Shown here: positions 16,822-24,702 of the stretch, piece by piece
Numbering within the stretch: position 1 is the first letter of the stretch
Layout: every line of letters begins with the position of its first letter
DNA from: Candidatus Aenigmatarchaeota archaeon
Lineage (GTDB): Archaea; Aenigmatarchaeota; Aenigmatarchaeia; CG10238-14; SpSt-28
Length of the DNA: 24,702 bases
NCBI GenBank assembly: GCA_039000985.1
Contig: JAWBMD010000014.1
Location: 1 to 24,702, forward strand
Direction of reading: 5' to 3'
Translations under genes and position numbers: made by a program
Notes under the pieces: model-generated
Database searches by the model: none
What the model saw: only the letters and a program-made list of their open reading frames with translations
Told to the model about the DNA's origin: nothing

Positions 16822-17772
16822 ATGGTAAAACTAAAAAGATATGAAAAAAACCCTATATTAAAACCATCTAAGTGTGGAATTTGGGAAATAGAAGAAGAAA
16901 AATTTAATCCTTGCGTTATAGAATTTAAAAATAAATACATAATGCTTTTCAGAAAAGTTTTGCCAATAAAGAATTCAAGAAAATTAAATGTTTCTTTCAT
17001 TGGAATATGTGAAAGTAAAGATGGTTTGGAGTTTAAAAAAGAAGAAATTTTGTTTGGCCCTCAATATAGCTATGAAGCTTATGGTTGCGAAGATCCGAGA
17101 GTAACAAAAGTTGAAAAGAATTATTTCATAACATACACGGCTCTTGGTTCTATTCCACCGAAACCAGAAACGGTTAGACTTTCTCTTGCTATAACTAAAG
17201 ATTTTAAAAATGTAGAAAAGATTGGCTTAATAACTCCATATAATTCAAAAGCTGGCTTTATATTTCCAAAAAGATTTAATAATAAACTATGCCTAATGTT
17301 CACATATAATCCAGATATAGCTCCTTCTCAAATTGCTGTTGTTTATTTTAATGAGATAAAAGAATTAAAGGATGAAAATTTTTGGAAAAATTATCAAATA
17401 GAAAACTATTTCTTGAACTTGAAAAGAGTTTCCCCATTTGTTGAAGTTGGTGCACCAGCAATTGAAACAAAAGAAGGATGGCTTTTAATAATGCCAGAAA
17501 TAATTTTTGAAGGTGGTATTTTTAAAGAATTCAGAATAACGGCTGCTCTATTAGATTTAGAAGATCCAACTAAAATATTATCTCAATTAAAAGAACCTTT
17601 GTTGGTACCCGAAATTGGATATGAAATGGAAAGAGATTTTGAACCTAAAAAAATTGCTTTCCCATCTGGTACATTAATAAAGGATGATAAACTATATGTT
17701 TATTATGGTGCTTCTGATAGATATTGCTGCTTAGCTACATGCAACATTAATGAACTTCTTCAAGAATTATGA
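16822..17772 (+). CDS. GH130-family glycoside phosphorylase/hydrolase (paralogue 2, divergent)
   Basis: NPILKP, FNP, GCEDPR, TYTA, GAPAIET.EGWL, FPSG, YYGASD. Confidence 0.88.
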   Translation: MVKLKRYEKNPILKPSKCGIWEIEEEKFNPCVIEFKNKYIMLFRKVLPIKNSRKLNVSFIGICESKDGLEFKKEEILFGPQYSYEAYGCEDPRVTKVEKNYFITYTALGSIPPKPETVRLSLAITKDFKNVEKIGLITPYNSKAGFIFPKRFNNKLCLMFTYNPDIAPSQIAVVYFNEIKELKDENFWKNYQIENYFLNLKRVSPFVEVGAPAIETKEGWLLIMPEIIFEGGIFKEFRITAALLDLEDPTKILSQLKEPLLVPEIGYEMERDFEPKKIAFPSGTLIKDDKLYVYYGASDRYCCLATCNINELLQEL

Positions 17773-18701
17773 TAAAATTAAAAAGATATGAAAAAAATCC
17801 AATTTTATTTCCAAGAGAGGAAAATGTATGGGAAAGTAAAGCTGTTTTTAATGCCGGAGCTATTTATTTAGATAATAAAGTTCATCTTATTTACAGAGCT
17901 TTATCTCACGAAAATAAATCTGTTTTTGGTTATGCTTCTAGCAAAGATGGTTTTGAAATAACCGAAAGATTAAGTAATCCTATCTATTTTCCAAGAATAA
18001 AAGAAGAATCTGTTGGTTGCGAAGATCCTAGATTGACAATAATAGATGATGAAATTTATATGACTTATACAGCATATAATGGTAGTGTTGCTAGAGTAGC
18101 ATTAACATCTATTTCTAAAAAAGATTTCTTAGAAAAAAAATTTGGAAATTGGAGTTATCCAAAAATAATTTCAGCTCCATCTATATTTGACAAAAATGCT
18201 TGCGTAATAAAAGTTAAAGATAAATTTTATTTTTTCCATAGAATACAACCATTTATTTGGATAGATGTAAAAGATAGTTTGAAATTCCAAGAAAATGAAT
18301 ACATTTGGGGAACTTATTATTTTAGAACAAGAGATAATGAGTGGGATAGTGAAAAAATAGGAATTGCTGCTCCTCCTATTGAAACGAAAGAAGGATGGTT
18401 ATTAATTTTTCATGCAATGTCTTCACTAGATAAAAAATACAGACTTGGAGCTATGCTTCTTGATTTGGATAATCCAGGAAAATTAATAGCGAGATTACCT
18501 TATCCTATTTTAGAACCGGAAGTTTGGTATGAAAATGAAGGTTTAAGAAGTGGAACTATATTTTCTTGTGGAGCTGTTGTAATAAAAGGTAAACTTTTAG
18601 TTTATTATGGTGGAGCTGACAAATACTTAAATGTGGCTAGCTGTAATTTAAAAGAACTTTTAGATGAACTCCTCAGCTACTATTCAAAATCTCCTCGATA
18701 A
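17769..18701 (+). CDS. GH130-family glycoside phosphorylase (paralogue 3)
   Basis: FNAGA, YRA, GCEDPR, DKNA, FHR, KIG..APPIET.EGWL.IFH, FSCG, YYGGAD. Confidence 0.9.
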   Translation: MIKLKRYEKNPILFPREENVWESKAVFNAGAIYLDNKVHLIYRALSHENKSVFGYASSKDGFEITERLSNPIYFPRIKEESVGCEDPRLTIIDDEIYMTYTAYNGSVARVALTSISKKDFLEKKFGNWSYPKIISAPSIFDKNACVIKVKDKFYFFHRIQPFIWIDVKDSLKFQENEYIWGTYYFRTRDNEWDSEKIGIAAPPIETKEGWLLIFHAMSSLDKKYRLGAMLLDLDNPGKLIARLPYPILEPEVWYENEGLRSGTIFSCGAVVIKGKLLVYYGGADKYLNVASCNLKELLDELLSYYSKSPR

Positions 18702-20838
18702 CTTCTTTTTCTTCATTACTTATATAGCTCCAAACTTTTTTCATATTCTCTAAATCTTCATTTGTAATAACTGTATATAAAATTTCTTCTTCCTTAAAGC
18801 TCTTTTCAAAAACTGCATCACTAATACTAATTGCAACCTTCTCATTTGTTTTTGCTATCTCAATTGATTTTCCTTCAATTTGAATATCTAAAATTCTACC
18901 AATTATTTTTCCATCTTTCCTTTTCAGCAAATTATTTTTCTTTAAACATCCTTTCAAAACCTCGACACCAACAATACACGGATCTGATCTTCTAAAAACA
19001 CATCCCTTTAAAACTTTTATTTTTGCAGCTCTATTTATGCTAGATAAAATTTGATTTATTTCTTGAGCTTTTACTTCTTCAACAAAACTTTTATAATCCT
19101 CAATTAATCTATAAATAACATTGTTTTTAAATATTCCTACATCAAAATCTTTTGCTAATCTTTCTATTTCTTCATTAGTTTCTAAATTAAACAAAAGTAT
19201 TACTTTTTTATCTTTACCAACATTTTGTAGCTCTATAAAATCTTCTTTTTTTGGTAAGCCTATATCTGCTTTCTTAATACTAATTCCTTCGCTTTCCAAC
19301 ATTTTAATAAGTGCTTCTAAACTACCTAAGCTATCGGCCCTAGCTACTATACCATCAATATCTTTTGAAAATGTTATTTCTTCAAATTCCTTTTTCATTA
19401 ATTCCTTAGCTTCTTCTATTTTATCTTCACTTTTAAATGAAACAAAAGAACTTCCTGGATAAATACCTTCTGTATCAACACAAATTAATCTTGCTCCACA
19501 AGCTGCTCCAACTTCATCGACATATCTAAATCTTTTTTCCACTCTTATATCCTGAACTGTTTCTGGTAATAAAATAGATCTAATTTTAGTTACATTAGCT
19601 TCTTTACCGCTAAATACTATGTAATTTCCCTTTTTTAAAATACCATCATATAATATTACATCAATAACTTTACCTATTCCTCTAATTTCCTTTATTTCCA
19701 AAACAGAACCTTTTGCTTCTTCCGATAAATACAACTTATCTTTCAAAAACTTCTGAGCTAAACCAGCTAAAACTAAAAGGAGCTCTTGTATACCTTCTCT
19801 ATTTATTGCACTAACAGGAACAATACAAATTTGCTTTGTAAAATCAGAAACTCTATCAAATCTTTCAGAATCAAAACCATAATTAGAAAGCTCTGAAACA
19901 ATATTATAAATCTTTTTATCTAATTCTTCCTTAGCTATTTCATTTTGTTTCATAAAACTATCTAAAAAGCAAGATGAATAACTTCTCCAATTTATGATTT
20001 TATCTATTTTAGTAGCAGCAACAACAAAAGGAACCTTGTACATTTTAAGAATTTTTAAGCTTTCTATTGTTTGCTCTTTAAAACCTTCATTTATATCAAC
20101 AACCAATATAGCTAAATCTGAAATTGGGCCAGCTCTTTTTCTCATTCCAAGGAATGCAGCATGCCCTGGAGTATCTATAAAAAGAATTCCAGGAACTTCT
20201 ATTTTAATGTTCATTTTTTGTAGTAAATTGCCACAAACATCTTCTATAATTCTTTTTGGAATATATGTAGCTCCTATATGCTGAGTAATTTCTCCTGGTT
20301 CTGATTTAGCTACAGCAGTTCCTCTTATGGAATCTAAAAGAGTTGTATTGTGAACTAATATATCGTTGGCAACATAATTGTTGTATTGCGGAACTGTTAA
20401 ATCATAAACAAAACCTTTATAAAAAAATTTTTTGATTGATGTAATTTCTTCAAAAAATGGTTTCCCATCACAAAAACTCAATATTTCTTCCCCTATATTA
20501 ATTTTATCAATTCTTTTCCAACCAAATTTAGTTAAAAAAGGATGTTCTCCTGTTACTCTTACTTTTCTTTTGCTTTCTAAAGAAACTTCATATAAAAATC
20601 CATTAAAAAAAACTTTCCATATTTGTGTGGCAAGTGTTTTTACAAATTTTTCTCCGTTAAAAGATGTGACTTCAATTTTTTTGTTTATAAAAAAATAGTT
20701 ACCCTTTTTAAAAATTTTAGATTTTTCATTAAAAAATTTTTTTATCTTTTTTCCCTCTACTTTTTCATTTGGAAAAATACATTTACCATGATCTATATGA
20801 CCTACTGTGGTAACTATTGGTGATCTAATTTTTTCCAT
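18673..20838 (-). CDS. infB: Translation initiation factor aIF5B (IF-2), intein-containing precursor; 576 aa after splicing
   Basis: GHIDHGK|TTLLD P-loop split by the insertion; ITQHIGA, DTPGH, TKID, D.LGSLEAL, FRRSDP.IVGV. Confidence 0.97.
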   Translation of the reverse strand: MEKIRSPIVTTVGHIDHGKCIFPNEKVEGKKIKKFFNEKSKIFKKGNYFFINKKIEVTSFNGEKFVKTLATQIWKVFFNGFLYEVSLESKRKVRVTGEHPFLTKFGWKRIDKINIGEEILSFCDGKPFFEEITSIKKFFYKGFVYDLTVPQYNNYVANDILVHNTTLLDSIRGTAVAKSEPGEITQHIGATYIPKRIIEDVCGNLLQKMNIKIEVPGILFIDTPGHAAFLGMRKRAGPISDLAILVVDINEGFKEQTIESLKILKMYKVPFVVAATKIDKIINWRSYSSCFLDSFMKQNEIAKEELDKKIYNIVSELSNYGFDSERFDRVSDFTKQICIVPVSAINREGIQELLLVLAGLAQKFLKDKLYLSEEAKGSVLEIKEIRGIGKVIDVILYDGILKKGNYIVFSGKEANVTKIRSILLPETVQDIRVEKRFRYVDEVGAACGARLICVDTEGIYPGSSFVSFKSEDKIEEAKELMKKEFEEITFSKDIDGIVARADSLGSLEALIKMLESEGISIKKADIGLPKKEDFIELQNVGKDKKVILLFNLETNEEIERLAKDFDVGIFKNNVIYRLIEDYKSFVEEVKAQEINQILSSINRAAKIKVLKGCVFRRSDPCIVGVEVLKGCLKKNNLLKRKDGKIIGRILDIQIEGKSIEIAKTNEKVAISISDAVFEKSFKEEEILYTVITNEDLENMKKVWSYISNEEKEVIEEILNSS
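20347..20781 (-). mobile_element. Mini-intein (145 aa, no homing endonuclease) in the aIF5B P-loop
   Basis: Starts at Cys (CIFPNEKV) after GK; block B VTGEHPF; block F VYDLTV; ends LVHN with Thr at +1. Confidence 0.95.
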
Positions 20839-20874
20839 AAAAAAGTATTTAAATATATAAGATAAAATATAATC

Positions 20875-21156
20875 ATGAAAAAAGAAAGCAGATTAACTAA
20901 ATTACTTTTTAGGTCAAAACCTTTAAGAGTAATACTTTCTTTAAATGATGGACCGAAATACATTTCAGTAATTTCAAAAGAAATAGATTGCACTTATTCT
21001 CACACAATAAAAGTTTTGGAAGAATTGAAAGAACATGGATTAATAGAATTTACAAAAAGTGGTAGAATAAAAGTAGTAACAATAACGAAAAGGGGAGAAG
21101 AAATATTTAGATTGATAAAAAATTTGAATGAAAAAATAAACAGTATTGCTAAGTAG
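20875..21156 (+). CDS. Winged helix-turn-helix DNA-binding protein
   Basis: YISVISKEIDCTYSHT.K.L..L...GLI....GR.K.V.IT..G. Confidence 0.85.
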   Translation: MKKESRLTKLLFRSKPLRVILSLNDGPKYISVISKEIDCTYSHTIKVLEELKEHGLIEFTKSGRIKVVTITKRGEEIFRLIKNLNEKINSIAK

Positions 21157-21565
21157 AAGTTTTGTGCTTTATCACATTTAACAAATCCTCTGGCTTATAA
21201 ACCTTATCCAAAACTATTATTTTTGTGTTTGTATATAAAAATAAATCACCAAAGTTCAAAATTTTACCAAAAAGATTTTTTCTTATATTAAAAGAACCTA
21301 TTTCATTCATTTTTATTTCAATAGCTTTTTTATTAAAAAATCCTTCTTTTATTAGTATTTTATCTTCTTCAATTTTGTAAGTTTTTAACTTACGTTCTAT
21401 TTCAGCTATATAAATTACTGAATAAAAAACATAAGCAAATACTAAAATACCTAAAACAAAAGTTATATCTAGCTTTTCTCTCAAAATGAAAAAGAATAGT
21501 AAAAGCATTAAGAAAGATAAAAAATAGTTTTTTATATAAGCTCTTCTTGTTCTTTCTATAATCAT
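21149..21565 (-). CDS. Membrane protein with a bacterial PH domain (YdbS/YdbT-like)
   Basis: Two TMs, then Y.I....I...EGFF.K....I....I and GKILNFGDL motifs. Confidence 0.75.
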   Translation of the reverse strand: MIIERTRRAYIKNYFLSFLMLLLFFFILREKLDITFVLGILVFAYVFYSVIYIAEIERKLKTYKIEEDKILIKEGFFNKKAIEIKMNEIGSFNIRKNLFGKILNFGDLFLYTNTKIIVLDKVYKPEDLLNVIKHKTST

Positions 21566-21591
21566 ATAATTAATTTAATAAAATTACTTTT

Positions 21592-21888
21592 ATGAAAATT
21601 GAAATTTGCTCTATTAAAGAATTAGAAAGAGATAAAGTTAAAGTTTATGAAAATTTGCTTTTAATTAAAATCAATGAAAAAATTTATTGTGTTGAAAGAT
21701 ATTGTACACATAGATTTGCAGATTTAAGCGAAGGAATAATTAATGAAAAAACAAAAACAATTAGATGCCCTTTACATTTTTCAGTTTTTAATTTGGAAAA
21801 TGGTGAAGTTGTTGTTGGAGTAGCAAAAGAAAAATTAAAAACATATAAAACTATAGTTGAAAATGGTAAAGTATTCGTTCTTATTTAA
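21592..21888 (+). CDS. Rieske-type [2Fe-2S] ferredoxin
   Basis: CTH...CPLH ligand boxes, LSEG, SVFNLENG. Confidence 0.92.
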   Translation: MKIEICSIKELERDKVKVYENLLLIKINEKIYCVERYCTHRFADLSEGIINEKTKTIRCPLHFSVFNLENGEVVVGVAKEKLKTYKTIVENGKVFVLI

Positions 21889-22693
21889 ATCTCTAGCTTT
21901 TTTATTTTCTTTGTTTATTCTTTCTATTTTTTTCTTTGAAAACACAAAATCATTAAAGGAATTTATAGAGCCATTTGAACCATTGGGTAGTGGAACTACT
22001 CAACAAGCAATCGGAAATTCTTTTATTTTACTATTAATAACATTGTTAGCTTCCATTTTTTTAATAACATTCATAAAAATTAATAAAAAATTTTTTATAG
22101 AATTGCTAATAATTTACTTACCTCTTTTTTCAGTATTCTTTATTTTACAATTATTTTTTCAAATAATTTTTGATAATAGCATTATTGGAATAATTTTTAG
22201 CTTTGTTTTAATAATAGTTGCTTATCTCTCTTACATTAAAAGAAATAAATTTTTATTTACAATTTCTTTAATTTTTATTTCTTCATCAATATCAACATAC
22301 TTCACAATTGTGCTCTCAATAGATGTTTTACTATTTTTAATAATAGTATTTGTTATTTATGATATAGTTGCTGTATTCAAAGGTCCGCTAAAAGTTTTAA
22401 TAAAAGAAATGAAAGTAAAAAGAAAAATAGTTAGAAAAGAAAGCTTGTTTGCATTTGGATTTTTGTTCTCTAATGTTTTGGGGATTGGTATAGGTACTGG
22501 AGATTTTATATTTTACTCGCTAATATTGCTTTTCATATACCAGCTAAAAGGAATTTTTTCATCAATAATTTCATTCATATTTTTATATGCTGGTTTTTTA
22601 TTAACGCTTTATCTTTTAGAAAAATATAAAAGACCATTGCCTGGTTTACCATTACCTCTAACTTTAGCTCTTCTTTCTATGCTATTAACTTGA
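21863..22693 (+). CDS. Presenilin/signal-peptide-peptidase-like intramembrane aspartyl protease (A22)
   Basis: Multi-TM; YDIVAVF, GIGTGDF (GxGD) and C-terminal PGLP (PAL-like). ATG at 21863 preferred over TTG at 21857. Confidence 0.88.
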   Translation: MVKYSFLFKSLAFLFSLFILSIFFFENTKSLKEFIEPFEPLGSGTTQQAIGNSFILLLITLLASIFLITFIKINKKFFIELLIIYLPLFSVFFILQLFFQIIFDNSIIGIIFSFVLIIVAYLSYIKRNKFLFTISLIFISSSISTYFTIVLSIDVLLFLIIVFVIYDIVAVFKGPLKVLIKEMKVKRKIVRKESLFAFGFLFSNVLGIGIGTGDFIFYSLILLFIYQLKGIFSSIISFIFLYAGFLLTLYLLEKYKRPLPGLPLPLTLALLSMLLT

Positions 22694-23281
22694 ATTTTTT
22701 GCTAAAGCTTTAGATAATTTATCAGCAATTTTTAAAGCTTCTGGATATTTAAAATTTAATTTTTCTAAAAAGTTTTTTAAGCTATGAAAATCTATGTTTG
22801 AACCTATGCTTGCAAAATATTTTTCAAAAACAAAACCAACTTCTTGCCCATCCATATATATTACATTATCTTTAATTTCACCATATAAAAATTTCTTTGC
22901 TATACCTATAGTTGGCTTTTTAGTTATTATGCCAACAATAGTAGCTATTCCAGCTTTCCTAGGATGAGCAAGTCCATGACCATCTATTACAATTAAATCA
23001 TAATCACTTTCTATTTTCATTAAAACTTGTAAAACTAAAGGAGCTTCTCTCAAAAATAATAAAGTTGGTACATATGGAAAAGCTACCTTACATTTAACAA
23101 ATTTTTCCTCTAATAATTTATTTTTATCTATATCAAAAACAACAGCTACAGAAAAACCAAAATTTCCTTTATATGCTACATCTATTGCAACTATTTTCTC
23201 TATTTTAGATAAAGGCTTGAACTCTATCAAATTACTCAAACATTTTTGAAGTTCGATAAAGAATTCGTACATAATTAACAA
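22685..23281 (-). CDS. nfi: Endonuclease V
   Basis: AIDVAY, FPYVPT.L.LRE, IDGHGLAHPR..GIA, PTIGIAK. Confidence 0.93.
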   Translation of the reverse strand: MLIMYEFFIELQKCLSNLIEFKPLSKIEKIVAIDVAYKGNFGFSVAVVFDIDKNKLLEEKFVKCKVAFPYVPTLLFLREAPLVLQVLMKIESDYDLIVIDGHGLAHPRKAGIATIVGIITKKPTIGIAKKFLYGEIKDNVIYMDGQEVGFVFEKYFASIGSNIDFHSLKNFLEKLNFKYPEALKIADKLSKALAKNSS

Positions 23282-23363
23282 TTTTATATTTTATACAAAT
23301 AATAATAAACTAAAATTTAATAATTGAATAAACTATTAAATTACTTTTTGAAAAATTATATTT

Positions 23364-23984
23364 ATGAGTTTAGAACCTATAACATCACAAATGTATATGG
23401 GTGAATTTGAAGTAGAAAGAAGTTCAACTGAAGAGCCATTAGTAAATATGCCATACCATCTTTATGATAAATTACAAACCTATAAAGTACCTAAGGTAAA
23501 TGCTAAAGGAGAGCTTTCTTTTCTATCATATAAAAGTGGTTTTTGGAATTATGTTTTAAAAAATTATTTGAAAGGTAGCAGTAAGTATGTTTTGGAAAAA
23601 GAAGTTGAAGAAATTATTATTCCGTTATTAATAAACAATATTTTGAAACAAAAAGATGAAGTAGTTGGAGGTGGTACTATAGATTATATAAAGATTCCAA
23701 AAAAGTTTTTAAACGAAAATAAAGCATCTGTTTTATATAATTATTGTATTTCAACAGATAACAAAAATTTTATTATTCCTGTAAATACCAAATGGCTTAA
23801 TGAAAGAATTGAAGAAACAATAAAAGATTATTTCTTTAAAAAACCAATTATTGTAAAAATAAATTTTTCAAATGATGAACTACTCATAACAATACCTTAT
23901 ACATTCCCTATAGAAGAGGGAAGATATTTTTGTCTAATAAAAATACCATTGTATCAAAACTTGAAGACATTAAAGACAAAATAA
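23364..23984 (+). CDS. Hypothetical protein; 3' end possibly frameshifted
   Basis: 206-codon ATG-started ORF in very AT-rich DNA; no motif recognised. Confidence 0.6.
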   Translation: MSLEPITSQMYMGEFEVERSSTEEPLVNMPYHLYDKLQTYKVPKVNAKGELSFLSYKSGFWNYVLKNYLKGSSKYVLEKEVEEIIIPLLINNILKQKDEVVGGGTIDYIKIPKKFLNENKASVLYNYCISTDNKNFIIPVNTKWLNERIEETIKDYFFKKPIIVKINFSNDELLITIPYTFPIEEGRYFCLIKIPLYQNLKTLKTK

Positions 23985-24136
23985 ATCAATTATTTAAAAG
24001 ATAAAGAAGCTTATACATGGTAAGTTATTGAGAATACACACGAAAACATGAGAAAATTAAACTTCTAGTTCAGTCTATGATAAAATTGTAAGCTCAACTT
24101 TTATATCAAGGTAAATAATTGTTTAATTTTAGGTTT

Positions 24137-24209
24137 AAATATTGCCGGCAAAATTTGATGCTTAAGCAATAAAAATTGCCGGCAGTTTAAGCAACGTAGA
24201 TTGCCGTTG
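24137..24209. repeat. Nested palindrome / direct-repeat cluster
   Basis: TGCCGGCA at 24143 and 24177 placed symmetrically around TGCTTAAGCA (24159-24168); ATTGCCG occurs three times and TTAAGCAA twice. Confidence 0.8.
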
Positions 24210-24326
24210 AAATTGGAAAAATTGAGGAATTTTATTGGATTTTTTTGAGTTTTTAGTGCTTGGTTAAATAAATATAAAACAGGTTAATAGATTTTTTCGG
24301 CTGTTTAATCTTTTAGAAATTCTTAT

Positions 24327-24701
24327 TTAAGTTTCTTCATTTCCTATGGAAATTGTTGGCTCCGGGAAAGTGTATTTACGAACAAAATAGATATCAACAA
24401 AATAAGGGGGTTTTTGAGTTGTTGCCGGTATTCCACCTGTTTTTTCATATTTTCCTCCAAGAGTATAGTTAACTACATCAACTGGAGTATTTCTATTTGT
24501 GGTTGTTCCATCACCCAATTGACCATAATCATTTCTACCCCAGCATTTAGCTGTACCATCTGATAATAATGCACATGTATGAAAATCTCCTGCTGCTATA
24601 GCTACTGCATTAGTTAATCCAGATACATTAACTGGAGTAGTTTTATCAATTGTTGTTCCATCACCCAATTGACCATAATAGTTATAACCCCAGCATTTAG
24701 C
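24327..24701 (-). CDS. RCC1-like repeat (beta-propeller) protein, 5' partial; probably a large surface protein
   Basis: Frame is open to the right edge ([15 protein letters not shown]...), so the track's TTG start is internal. It has [29 protein letters not shown] repeats and a C-terminal VRKYxxPEPxxxxGxEE tail that I recall from DUF2341-type surface proteins. Confidence 0.85.
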   Translation of the reverse strand, partial: AKCWGYNYYGQLGDGTTIDKTTPVNVSGLTNAVAIAAGDFHTCALLSDGTAKCWGRNDYGQLGDGTTTNRNTPVDVVNYTLGGKYEKTGGIPATTQKPPYFVDIYFVRKYTFPEPTISIGNEET

Positions 24702-24702
24702 T
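24474..24702 (-). repeat. 150-bp-period intragenic tandem repeat (RCC1 units)
   Basis: 24474-24552 vs 24624-24702 match at 67 of 79 nt by manual alignment. Confidence 0.9.

Noticed and set aside
15434..18701. Integrated element at tRNA-Gln carrying hjc and the GH130 genes
   Set aside because: No duplicated tRNA 3' end (att) or integrase seen in the window; the genes overlap core neighbours and have similar composition
20347..20781. Homing endonuclease within the intein
   Set aside because: 145 aa is accounted for by the Hint splicing domain; no LAGLIDADG or HNH motif
3702..20823. Track ORFs 3702-3977, 6136-6471, 6774-6995, 8222-8440, 8804-8986, 10297-10566, 12585-12821, 16800-17000, 17121-17303, 19121-19462, 19994-20284, 20432-20698, 20623-20823
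   Set aside because: All lie antisense to well-supported genes and have the F/L/I/S-rich composition of shadow frames with no motifs; 10297-10566 is the shadow of eL43 and PDCD5
24137..24209. Mini CRISPR array or IS end
   Set aside because: Repeats are only 7-10 bp with irregular short spacing; no cas or transposase gene and no target-site duplication are visible
24327..24668. Stand-alone 113-aa protein as given by the ORF track
   Set aside because: The TTG is the Leu of GQLGDG and the frame continues without a stop to the window edge
1..24702. Complete DGR, retron, defence island or alternative genetic code
   Set aside because: No reverse transcriptase or recognisable defence genes. TGA, TAA and TAG all end conserved genes at the expected positions, consistent with the standard archaeal code

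Overview
Very AT-rich, densely packed archaeal chromosomal segment with many overlapping genes, tiny intergenic gaps and no obvious Shine-Dalgarno motifs. The shortened proteins and rearranged operons suggest a reduced-genome DPANN-type archaeon (inference only). The core carries housekeeping genes: speD, DUF460, XPF/ERCC4, trmI, a KaiC/RAD55-like ATPase, argF, a rearranged eS19-PDCD5-eL43-rpo12-uS19-uL22-uS3-uL29-aIF1 operon, prs, yjbQ, mscS, tRNA-Gln(CTG), hjc, three GH130 paralogues, aIF5B with a 145-aa mini-intein, a Rieske ferredoxin, a presenilin-like GxGD protease and endonuclease V. Both edges hold partial repeat-protein genes that the ORF track misses or truncates. The left one is a >579-aa helical solenoid of about 35-aa units in a 3-unit super-repeat with a conserved scaffold and hypervariable centre. 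The right one is an RCC1-repeat protein whose near-identical DNA repeats differ mostly at non-synonymous sites, with a nested palindrome downstream. Three small genes absent from the track were found by hand (eL43, Rpo12, a 51-aa membrane protein). No CRISPR array, integrase, transposase or reverse transcriptase is visible. No complete new system can be proven here; the best leads are the two variable repeat proteins, a Cys-to-Ser archaeosortase-like protein, the tRNA-hjc junction and the GH130 triplet.
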